From positions 1 through 28,025 of the forward strand of contig JBDHAC010000053.1 of the NCBI GenBank assembly GCA_039588275.1: a stretch of 28,025 bases of DNA. The letters are read 5' to 3'. Position 1 is the first letter of the stretch, and every line of letters starts with the position of its first letter. Below, piece after piece: positions 1 to 7,287 of this stretch. The notes beneath the pieces are model-generated. The model saw only the letters and a program-made list of their open reading frames with translations, was not told the origin of the DNA and ran no database searches. Origin of the DNA: Gemmatimonadota bacterium (GTDB lineage: Bacteria > Gemmatimonadota > Gemmatimonadetes > Palauibacterales > Palauibacteraceae). The position numbers were made by a program, and so were the translations under genes.

Positions 1-2
1 AC

Positions 3-455
3 CAACTTGGATTGAGTGGTGTGCTGTTTCTTGAGAAGTTGGAGGACAGCCGACATGTGAGCGTCCTGTTGGGTCTGGATGAGAGCAGCGTGGTACTCTA
101 CGATCCGCTGTCCGGGGTTAGAGTCAAAGCCTGCAACGAGACGCAGTTAGGAATGTACTCCAAGCCGGTAGGATCGCTTCGGGACGAGTTCCGGGAATAT
201 GAGCAGCAATTCACGCCAGAAGAGTGGTCGGATGTCTGGGCACAGCATAGGCACACGGGGAAACTGCTATCGAGGTTCCTCAGACAACACAGTGAGTTCG
301 GGCTCGTCTGTTCCGCAGGCGCGTCAACCGTTGCCGGTCCTGTTGACCTTCCAGCTCTTCAAGACGAGTCACGGCGTTCAGACTGTGCGCCGATTTGTCT
401 ATTCGTCATGTCTCTTATGCACCCCACCACAGGAGACGCAGCGAAGGAATCCGCT
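3..455 (+). CDS. 3' part of a gene entering from the left edge, possibly peptidase C39-like; runs in frame into the asparaginase without a stop
   Basis: Frame 3 is open from base 3. RHVSVLLGLDESSVVLYDPLSG resembles the H-x-V-x-x-G-x-D...DP-x-x-G pattern of C39-like folds. The last ~45 codons do not look protein-like. Confidence 0.3.
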
Positions 456-953
456 ATGGCTATCCAGATATTTGTCACCGGAGGGACATTCGACAAGGAG
501 TATGACGAGTTGGAAGGAAGGCTTGTCTTCAGGGAGACGCATGTACAGGAGATGCTCGAGCTGGGTCGATGCAAACAGAAGGTAGACATTCGTACGTTGA
601 TGATGGTTGACAGTCTCCAAATGACCAGTGCCGAGCGAGAGGTCATCGCGGAGAGTTGCCGGGAGTGCAAAGCGGAGCGGATCGTCATCACGCACGGCAC
701 AGATTCTATGGAGGTGACAGCCAGCGCTCTGGGGCGAGCCATCAAGAACAAGACAATCGTTCTCACCGGGGCGATGGTGCCCTATAAGTTCGGGAGTTCC
801 GACGGTCTCTTCAATCTGGGTAGTGCGCTGGCATTCGCGCAGAGTCTGCCGGCAGGCGTGTATGTCGCGATGAACGGTAGGTGTCTCGCATGGAACAAGG
901 TCCGGAAGATCAAGGGAACCGGCGAGTTTGAAGAGACGACATCAATCAGATAG
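456..953 (+). CDS. Short (N-terminal-domain-only) L-asparaginase family protein
   Basis: Motifs VTGGTFDK, ITHGTDSM, VLTGAMVP, SDGLFNL and GVYVAMNG. AAGGA RBS just upstream of ATG 456; 165 aa. Confidence 0.88.
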   Translation: MAIQIFVTGGTFDKEYDELEGRLVFRETHVQEMLELGRCKQKVDIRTLMMVDSLQMTSAEREVIAESCRECKAERIVITHGTDSMEVTASALGRAIKNKTIVLTGAMVPYKFGSSDGLFNLGSALAFAQSLPAGVYVAMNGRCLAWNKVRKIKGTGEFEETTSIR

Positions 954-1176
954 GTCCGGGGGGAGCAGAAGAGAGGTGCGGACGAAGGGATCGACGGTCG
1001 GCTCTACTTTCCACGACCAGCCGAGACGGGCACCCGCGTACAGCCGGAAGAGTGGCTGAGCGACTACACCTCGATAGCGGTTAGTTGGGGTTAGCCAATT
1101 ATGTTATTGCCCTATCTCGCCGCAGACTGAAGCCGCGGCCGCTTGCCTCGCAGGCCTCGCTTCGAGCCCTGCCGGG

Positions 1177-1380
1177 CGCGATTACTACGGCCATCCCGCG
1201 AGCGCAGCGCTCCTATACGAGCGAACGATCAAGGAGATCGTCCACGAGCTCGGGCACACGTTCGGTCTCGTCCACTGGCGGGACCACTCGTGCGTCATGC
1301 ACGCCTGGACCTACGTGGAAGAGGTGGACCTCAAGGAGGCATGCTTCTGCTAGGACTGCTGGGCAGAGATGAGTGAGTGA
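1177..1380 (+). pseudogene. Archaemetzincin (peptidase M54) C-terminal remnant
   Basis: Frame 1 reads GRDYYGHPASAALLYERTIKEIVHELGHTFGLVHWRDHSCVMHAWTYVEEVDLKEACFC*DC. HExxHxxGxxH and CVM are present, the expected Cys after the third His is Trp, there is a TAG at 1351-1353 inside the final CxxC, and no N-terminal part. Confidence 0.8.
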
Positions 1381-1636
1381 GCTCCGGGGACGGCACTGAC
1401 TCGCGGCTGCCTGAGCGAGGTGGAAGTGAAAGGTGTTGTCGTGGCGCAGAGCGACGAGGAACTGAGGGCCTATCCATGGGGACACAGGAACGAGGAGCGG
1501 CATTAGGGAACATCTTTGGGAACGACGCCTGGGCAGGCAGCGCAATACGGCGCAACTCAGCGCAGGCCGCTCCCCCTCAAACCGTTGCTCATTGTGGTGG
1601 CTTGTGGCTCTCCGCAGCTTGGCGCGACTCTTCGAT

Positions 1637-1684
1637 GAGGATTCCTAATCCCGAGGCCGCAGGTTCGAGTCCTGCCGGGGTCAC
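1637..1684 (+). repeat. att-like site: 3' half of tRNA-Arg(CCT), copy 1
   Basis: GAGGA-TTCCTAA-TCCCGAGGCC-GCAGGTTCGAGTCCTGC-CGGGGTCAC gives an anticodon loop, T-arm and acceptor 3' strand. No D-arm or 5' acceptor strand upstream. Near-identical copy at 20641. Confidence 0.85.
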
Positions 1685-1759
1685 TTGCAACCACGCGGGT
1701 TTCCACGCGTGTCGTTTCAGCCTCATCACGCTGACCTTGCCGCTGCCTTGCCGCGAATG

Positions 1760-1933
1760 GATGCAACCTTCCGCTTCAGGCTCAGGTGCGCTGTCGCCGT
1801 AGTGCTCCCCGAGCTTCTTCGCTTGGCTCCGAAGCACCGTCCGGCTGGAGATGGCGTAGCGGTCGAAAATGGACCGCGTTTCGTGGCCCATGAACCGTTG
1901 CGCGTGAACCTCCGGTATCCCCGCTTCGAGCAT
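1760..1933 (-). pseudogene. Tyrosine recombinase/integrase C-terminal remnant
   Basis: MLEAGIPEVHAQRFMGHETRSIFDRYAI matches box II (GH...Y catalytic region). The upstream HxLR motif and N-terminus are missing. It points toward the tRNA fragment and its frame reads through it. The 3' boundary is approximate. Confidence 0.8.
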
Positions 1934-1944
1934 CGGTGCAGGCC

Positions 1945-1972
1945 GCCCCCCCGGATGAGAAGAAGGGGGGGC
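1945..1972. repeat. C7/G7 hairpin, copy A
   Basis: GCCCCCCC-GGATGAGAAGAA-GGGGGGGC; same layout as 5057-5087. Confidence 0.55.
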
Positions 1973-1990
1973 ACAGGCAGAAGCCCTCCC

Positions 1991-2023
1991 CGGCTGGGTC
2001 TGGGACGCACGAGACGGCTAGGT
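1991..2023 (+). repeat. Dispersed ~33-bp intergenic motif, copy 1
   Basis: CGGCTGGGTCTGGGACGCACGAGACGGCTAGGT, flanked by AAGCCCTCCC and GGTCTCGGTCGGACC. Confidence 0.95.
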
Positions 2024-2313
2024 GGTCTCGGTCGGACCTCCCTCCAACTCCGTCCACGCTCGCGCCGTTGGCGACGCGGGAGGTTCAATCCGCGATTCGG
2101 GAAACCCTGATTTGTTCGCGAGCCGTCATGTCTTCCGAAGGCCCTGTCCGAATGAGCCCAACAGCTTACGTCATTTGCCCTCTTTTTGGTCCACATATCG
2201 AGAGCTGCGCAGCGATTTATTCCCATTGGGGGGGGGCGGTTGTCGCCGCCCTCCGAATCACCTTGGTTCACGCAGTCCCCCCGTTCATCAAACCCGTTCG
2301 GAGGAGTGAGCAA

Positions 2314-2493
2314 ATGGGTGGCATGACGAAGACGCTAACGGCACGTACAAAGAAGGAACTGGAAAAACTGGCCCGCGATTGGCTGAGCGACCCGCGCGAG
2401 CAGGGATGGGGTGTTCGGCAGGACTGGGACCCAAAACGGGCGAGAAAGAACGAGGATGGCGACTGGGAGATTGTGGTGTCAGCACACACCTAG
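2314..2493 (+). CDS. Small hypothetical protein (59 aa)
   Basis: GGAGGAG RBS before ATG; protein-like sequence MGGMTKTLTARTKKELEKLARDW...WEIVVSAHT. Confidence 0.55.
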   Translation: MGGMTKTLTARTKKELEKLARDWLSDPREQGWGVRQDWDPKRARKNEDGDWEIVVSAHT

Positions 2494-2573
2494 GGTGCAC
2501 CCACGTTCATTAATTTTGCGGGACTCCTGGCGCGTCTGGGGGGTCATGGGGTCGCGTTGTGAAGCGTCACCGT

Positions 2574-2650
2574 GAGGTAAGAGGTCATTGCGAGCGAGTT
2601 GAGATGTGAGAGAGGTAAGAGGTCATTGCGAGCGAGTTGAGATGTGAGAG
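2574..2650 (+). repeat. Perfect 38-bp tandem duplication
   Basis: GAGGTAAGAGGTCATTGCGAGCGAGTTGAGATGTGAGA occurs at 2574 and 2612. Confidence 0.95.
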
Positions 2651-3108
2651 CGCTTCAAGCGAACGTGCTAGCTGGAATCGTGGCTGGACTCCTGGTGCTG
2701 GGATTCGGAGGCCGAATTGCCATGCGCGTGCTGACGGTGACGACGGAGGCCCCGGCTGAGTTCACGATTGGCGGCACGCTACAGGTTCTAGGGTTTGGAG
2801 TAAGCTGGGGCGCGTTAACGGCACCCCTGCTGTTGCTGATAAGACGGCAGCAGAGGTTTAGTCGTAGGGTAGAAGGCCTGACATTCGGACTGCTCACCCT
2901 CGTACTCGCGATTCTTACAACCGGGCTCGTGCTCGGGTTTGACGGTGTCGTCGCGCCGTCCAGCTTCATCGTGCTCGGTACGGTCCTGTTTGTCAGCCTG
3001 TTCATGTTGCACGGAGTGATCGTCGCAGCGCTGACGACCCGTTGGACTGAGGGACGCCCAACGGCAGACAACAGGTCACCGGCGGACTCGGGGCTGTCCC
3101 CCGGCTAG
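2644..3108 (+). CDS. Hypothetical membrane protein (~4 TM)
   Basis: 154-aa ORF with four hydrophobic segments; GGRIAMR...FTIGGTL. Confidence 0.75.
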   Translation: MRALQANVLAGIVAGLLVLGFGGRIAMRVLTVTTEAPAEFTIGGTLQVLGFGVSWGALTAPLLLLIRRQQRFSRRVEGLTFGLLTLVLAILTTGLVLGFDGVVAPSSFIVLGTVLFVSLFMLHGVIVAALTTRWTEGRPTADNRSPADSGLSPG

Positions 3109-3119
3109 AAGCCCTTCCC

Positions 3120-3154
3120 CGGCTGGGTCGGGGACGCACGAGACGGCGCTAGGT
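3120..3154 (+). repeat. Dispersed motif, copy 2
   Basis: CGGCTGGGTCGGGGACGCACGAGACGGCGCTAGGT (1 substitution, 2-nt insertion), starting 12 nt after the stop at 3108. Confidence 0.93.
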
Positions 3155-3251
3155 AGCCTCGGACTCCATCGGCCTTCACGCGGCTCTTGCCGGGCCGTGA
3201 TGCTTTCGCCCATGCTGAAGCATCGTCGTACCCAAGCCACAGGAGGTTTCC

Positions 3252-3722
3252 ATGGCTCCCTCGATCCGGTTCGTAGCCGCCCTGTCCGTTTGCACCCTCC
3301 TCGCTGTACCGATCCATGCGCAGGAACTCACACCGGAGCAGCAGGAAGTGTGGACCGCTGTGGAGGCGCTGGTCGACCACTTCACCAGCGGAGAGCTAGA
3401 AGCAGCCTACGAGTACCTACACCCGGAGTTGGTGTGGTGGAACACAGGCAACTCGGTTCCCGGTAGCCGCGACGAGGCTTGGGAACTGGATAACGCCTTT
3501 GCCATGTACGCGGGCAAGTGGCTTGCTCATACCCTCACTCCTCTGGCGGTCGTTGTCTCAGGCGATGCAGCAGCCGTATACGCCTATCAGAGAGGCTTCC
3601 GAGAGGACACACCGGGAGGCAACGCAAGTTGGGCAACGATGCGTCTAGTTTTCGTTATGAAGAAGGAAGACGGTAGGTGGCTTCAACTCGCCAACTACCT
3701 GCATTTCGAGGAGAACCTGTAG
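3252..3722 (+). CDS. Secreted NTF2/SnoaL-like (DUF4440-type) protein
   Basis: AGGAGG RBS; signal peptide ending IHA|Q; pattern GELEAAYEYLHPE...VVVSGDAAAVY...VMKKEDGRW. Confidence 0.8.
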   Translation: MAPSIRFVAALSVCTLLAVPIHAQELTPEQQEVWTAVEALVDHFTSGELEAAYEYLHPELVWWNTGNSVPGSRDEAWELDNAFAMYAGKWLAHTLTPLAVVVSGDAAAVYAYQRGFREDTPGGNASWATMRLVFVMKKEDGRWLQLANYLHFEENL

Positions 3723-3725
3723 CAG

Positions 3726-3748
3726 GGGCGGCTCCACCGGGGCCGCCC
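3726..3748 (+). terminator. GC hairpin after NTF2-like gene 1, identical to 4294-4316
   Basis: GGGCGGCTCC-ACC-GGGGCCGCCC followed by a pyrimidine run; no clean U-tract. Confidence 0.5.
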
Positions 3749-3816
3749 TCTCTGCATCTGGCCCTCCTTACTATGCCGTGAAACCGACTGTACCGCCCGA
3801 GCCACAGGAGGTCACC

Positions 3817-4272
3817 GTGAGACGCTTCCCGCTTGCCGCCGTCGGACTGCTAATCGCCGTTGCCGCCCCCCTTACGGCACAGCAAGAACCAGAAGTCCCC
3901 GACTGGGCAAAGGACCAGCTGCGGGTCTGGTATGAGGCCTTCAGCGCTGGCGATGCGGCCGGAATGGCCCGTCAATATGCGACAGACGCGGTCCTCCTGC
4001 CGCCCGGGGAAGATCCCGTTCGAGGCCGAGAGGCAATCGAGGCTTTCAATCAAGCGGCCATGGCGAACACAGACTTCTCCTGCACTGGCACCTACGATGG
4101 CTTCCAGATCATGGGGGCCATTGCCGCAGGCTGGGGACATGACCTCGAAAACTGCACAGCCACCCCGAAGTCAGGCGGACCGAGCGAAGAGATTGGGGGT
4201 CGCTGGTTGGCGTTCTATGAGCGTCAAGCTGACGGCTCGTGGCTTATCATCCGCGACACTTGGCAAGATTAG
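3817..4272 (+). CDS. Secreted NTF2/SnoaL-like (YybH/DUF4440-type) protein
   Basis: AGGAGG RBS before GTG 3817; signal peptide; AFSAGDAAGMARQYATDAVLLPPG...VRGREAI...ERQADGSWLIIRD. Confidence 0.85.
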   Translation: MRRFPLAAVGLLIAVAAPLTAQQEPEVPDWAKDQLRVWYEAFSAGDAAGMARQYATDAVLLPPGEDPVRGREAIEAFNQAAMANTDFSCTGTYDGFQIMGAIAAGWGHDLENCTATPKSGGPSEEIGGRWLAFYERQADGSWLIIRDTWQD

Positions 4273-4293
4273 GGGAGGTTCAGGGAAGATGGA

Positions 4294-4316
4294 GGGCGGC
4301 TCCACCGGGGCCGCCC
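4294..4316 (+). terminator. GC hairpin after NTF2-like gene 2
   Basis: 23 bp identical to 3726-3748. Confidence 0.5.
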
Positions 4317-4351
4317 CTCTCACGACAACCTCATCTCTTCCGCACCCCGCC

Positions 4352-4384
4352 CGGCTGGGTCTGGGACGCACGAGACGGCTAGGT
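4352..4384 (+). repeat. Dispersed motif, copy 3
   Basis: 33/33 identical to the core of copy 1. Confidence 0.95.
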
Positions 4385-4496
4385 AGAGTCCCGCTGCTCG
4401 CTCTTGCCTACTGCCCGCCCGCTCAGCACCCTGGTCCACAGCAGAATCGCGTGTCCACTAGGCAGAAGCGGCCTCAGGGTTGGGAGAGTAGATCCG

Positions 4497-5090
4497 ATGT
4501 GGACCGTGTGGCTTGTAATCGGGTTCGCACTAGCGATCTTCGCCGCCACAACCGTGCTCCTTTGGCCGGACCTCCGCGCTACCCCCCGTGGTTGGCAACT
4601 GCTCGCTGCATCCGGCCTCCCCCTCGCCCTGGGTGGCCTCGGCTTTGCCATCCGGTTCTGGGACCCAACGCCAGGCCCTTACCTGGCCAACGAACTCTAC
4701 CCCTTCGGTACCCTTCTGAATGCTTGGGCGGTGTCCTTCGGCTTCATGTGGCTCGCCTTCGGCCTGGCTTTCTTCGCCTTCGCCGTGCGGGGCGGACACT
4801 CTGGCCGCACCTGGCTCGCGCTTTTCGTAGCCTGGGTGATCGCGTGGTTGCCGCATGGGGTAATCGGTATCGCCTTCGCGGTTACCGGGTCCAACCAGCC
4901 CAGTATTGCGTTGTACCGCGAGTGGGGCTCCGAGTGGGGTGGTTTCCTCACTCTCCTCGGCAGCAGTGTCATCCTCCTGGCCCACTTCGTCCTGAGCGTG
5001 CTCGGTTTCGCACTGAGCGGCCTTGATCTGCGGCGTCGTCCCAGCCGCCGCCGTCCGGCCCCCCCGGTCGTTATCGAAGGGGGGGCCTGA
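4497..5090 (+). CDS. Hypothetical polytopic membrane protein (~5 TM)
   Basis: GGAG upstream of ATG 4497 (MWTVWLVIG); several hydrophobic helices. Confidence 0.7.
   Translation: MWTVWLVIGFALAIFAATTVLLWPDLRATPRGWQLLAASGLPLALGGLGFAIRFWDPTPGPYLANELYPFGTLLNAWAVSFGFMWLAFGLAFFAFAVRGGHSGRTWLALFVAWVIAWLPHGVIGIAFAVTGSNQPSIALYREWGSEWGGFLTLLGSSVILLAHFVLSVLGFALSGLDLRRRPSRRRPAPPVVIEGGA
5057..5087. repeat. C7/G7 hairpin, copy B
   Basis: GGCCCCCCC-GGTCGTTATCGAA-GGGGGGGCC, overlapping the gene end. Confidence 0.55.
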
Positions 5091-5173
5091 AGCGGATTCT
5101 GTCCCACGCGCTCGCGAGATTGTCCAGCGGTCGATGTTCGGTGTGCCCCCACGTAGCCGCAAGCCGCCCTCCA

Positions 5174-5207
5174 CGGCTGGGTCTGGGACGCACGAGACGG
5201 CTGAGGT
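5174..5207 (+). repeat. Dispersed motif, copy 4
   Basis: CGGCTGGGTCTGGGACGCACGAGACGGCTGAGGT followed by AGGCTCGGTCGGACC, similar to the flank of copy 1. Confidence 0.95.
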
Positions 5208-5538
5208 AGGCTCGGTCGGACCCCGTCGCAACACTGCCAGATCCAGCCAGGTAGCCTGACGAAGCGCCCGCTCAGAGGGTTCTCCCCACACCGTAGAGCT
5301 TCTCCCGACTTGCAGAGGGAGAAAGCCGCATCATCGTGACTCCGTTCCGCCTGAGCTGGAGACCGAGAGGGTGGCCCCGCCCATAGGGGAGAAAGAGAGC
5401 GGTATGTCCGTTGGTCTCGTATATTAAGCCGGGCTGGCGCCCGGCGTGGCTCCTGCCCCGCACGGGCACATCGGCCCGGCCCTCCTATGCTCGAGGACCG
5501 TAACGAGAGCCGCCGACGACGGCGTAGGCGACGACGGC

Positions 5539-7287
5539 GTGGCATCGATAGATACACGGGGCGACCCGGAGCTCGACCGCCCCGTTTGGAGATCCGAGGA
5601 ACGCCCACGACGCGGGGTATCTCCGCTCGCGTGTGGGCTGCTGCTGGCTTGCACACTTCTCACCGCGTGTGGGGGCGTGGACGAGCCGGTTCGCGGCGTG
5701 TCGGCCGAGGCGACGACCTCTCCTTTCTCCTCAGCCGAGGAGGGTCTGCATTTCCGTGACGTTACCGGGCAGGCCGGCATCGATTTCCTGCACTCCCTCG
5801 GGGATGACGACCTCAGCAACATCGTCGAGAGCTCTGGGGGAGGGGCCGCCTTCCTGGATTTCGATGCGGATAGCCACCTTGACCTCTACATCACCAACGG
5901 CGCCTTCATCGATGGCTTCAGCAGTGGGCGGCGTCCCCGAGCCCCGTACCGGAACGGTCTATACCGGAATCGGGGAGACGGAACGTTCGAGGATGTCACT
6001 CGGCGCGCGCGGGTGGGGGACACCGGGTACGGGATGGGTGTCGTCGTCGGCGACTACGACAACGACGGGTACCCGGACATCTACGTCAGCAACTACGGCC
6101 GTAACGTCCTGTATCACAACGAGGGCGACGGGACGTTCTCAGATGTGACCGAAAGAGCGGGCGTCGGGGGCGACGGCTGCAGCGTCGGCGCCGCGTGGCT
6201 GGATTACGACAACGACGGCCGGCTGGATCTGTACGTCGGCAACTACATCGAATTCGATGTGGATTACGACCTGTACTACCCGCCGGACGGCTACCCCGGC
6301 CCTCTCGCCTACCCGGGACAGCCCGATCTCCTTTATCGGAACCTCGGCGACGGCGAGTTCGAGGACGTGACCGAGCGTATGGGGGTTTACCGCCCCGACG
6401 GCCGGGCGATGGGTGTGGGTGCCGCAGACTACGACGCTGATGGCCGGGTCGACATCTTCGTCGCGAACGACGTGATGCCGAACTACCTGTTCCACAACGT
6501 CGAGGGCCGGCGGTTCGAGGAGGTAGCCCTCGCCTCCGGCGTCGCGTTCGGCCGGCGTGGTGAGGCTACATCGAGCATGGCGGTCGATTTCGCCGATTTC
6601 GACGGCGATGGCCTGCTGGACCTGTACGTCTCTGACATGGCGTACAGCACGCTGTTCCTCAACGAGGGGACCGCGTTCCGCGACGTCACCTACCAGGCAG
6701 GCGTGGCATCTCCCGCCGGTCAGTTCGTCGGCTGGTCCACGAGCTTCTTCGACTACGACAACGATGGCGACGTTGATCTCTACCAGGTGAATGGCGAGAT
6801 CCACCATCTCTACGGCCAGGAAGACCAGCTGTTCGAGAACATGGGCGGGGGCGAATTCCGCGACGTGTCTGTGGAGCGGGGGCGCTACTTCCAGCAGGAG
6901 CTCGTGGGCCGCGGCGGCGCCTTCGGCGACTACGACAACGACGGCGACGTAGACGTCTTCATCGTCAACCTGAACGGTCGCCCGGCGCTCCTCCGCAACG
7001 AAGGCGGCAACCTCAAGAGCTGGCTTCAGCTCGAGCTCGTCGGGGGACCCAGCAACCGGGACGCGATCGGTGCCAGGGTGACCCTCACGGCCGGTGAGCG
7101 CACGCAGGTGGCGCAGAGGAAGAGCTCGACCGGCTACCTGTCGCAGAACGACCACCGCCTGCACTTCGGCCTCGGAGACGCCGAGAGAGTCGAGCGGATC
7201 GAGATCGTGTGGCCCTCCGGGACGCGGCAGCTCCTGGAGAACGTGCCGTCCCGTCAGGCGCTGCGCGTGGTGGAGCCGGGGCCGTGA
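5539..7287 (+). CDS. CRTAC1-family FG-GAP/VCBS repeat lipoprotein with C-terminal ASPIC/UnbV domain
   Basis: Multiple D-Y/F-D-N/G-D-G-x-x-D repeats; C-terminal NRDAIGARV...GYLSQNDHRLHFGLG...IVWPSG; lipobox LLTAC. Start uncertain (ORF open from 5446). Confidence 0.9.
   Translation: MASIDTRGDPELDRPVWRSEERPRRGVSPLACGLLLACTLLTACGGVDEPVRGVSAEATTSPFSSAEEGLHFRDVTGQAGIDFLHSLGDDDLSNIVESSGGGAAFLDFDADSHLDLYITNGAFIDGFSSGRRPRAPYRNGLYRNRGDGTFEDVTRRARVGDTGYGMGVVVGDYDNDGYPDIYVSNYGRNVLYHNEGDGTFSDVTERAGVGGDGCSVGAAWLDYDNDGRLDLYVGNYIEFDVDYDLYYPPDGYPGPLAYPGQPDLLYRNLGDGEFEDVTERMGVYRPDGRAMGVGAADYDADGRVDIFVANDVMPNYLFHNVEGRRFEEVALASGVAFGRRGEATSSMAVDFADFDGDGLLDLYVSDMAYSTLFLNEGTAFRDVTYQAGVASPAGQFVGWSTSFFDYDNDGDVDLYQVNGEIHHLYGQEDQLFENMGGGEFRDVSVERGRYFQQELVGRGGAFGDYDNDGDVDVFIVNLNGRPALLRNEGGNLKSWLQLELVGGPSNRDAIGARVTLTAGERTQVAQRKSSTGYLSQNDHRLHFGLGDAERVERIEIVWPSGTRQLLENVPSRQALRVVEPGP

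Noticed and set aside
1082..1109. Xer dif-like site (TTATGTTA)
   Set aside because: Only a partial XerD-like arm; no XerC arm at the right spacing.
1351..1353. TAG recoding (pyrrolysine or readthrough)
   Set aside because: The fragment has other lesions, and TAG serves as a normal stop elsewhere in the window (953, 3722, 4272, 10759).
1600..1684. Intact tRNA-Arg gene (also considered at 20641)
   Set aside because: No 5' acceptor strand or D-arm, and the anticodon stem pairs only partly.
1995..2010. Group II intron 5' end (GTGCG on the minus strand of the motif) or HDV-like ribozyme
   Set aside because: No domain V/VI, no RT gene, and no nested pseudoknot could be drawn.
1991..5207. CRISPR array
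   Set aside because: Repeats are 0.8-1.2 kb apart with whole genes between them; no cas genes.
1991..5207. Canonical integron attC sites
   Set aside because: No RYYYAAC/GTTRRRY pair or long imperfect palindrome; GCTAGGT only loosely resembles R'. The integrase remnant is too short to assign to IntI.
5400..5430. Promoter for the HZS-like operon (TATATT)
   Set aside because: Plausible -10 box but no recognisable -35; too weak to call.
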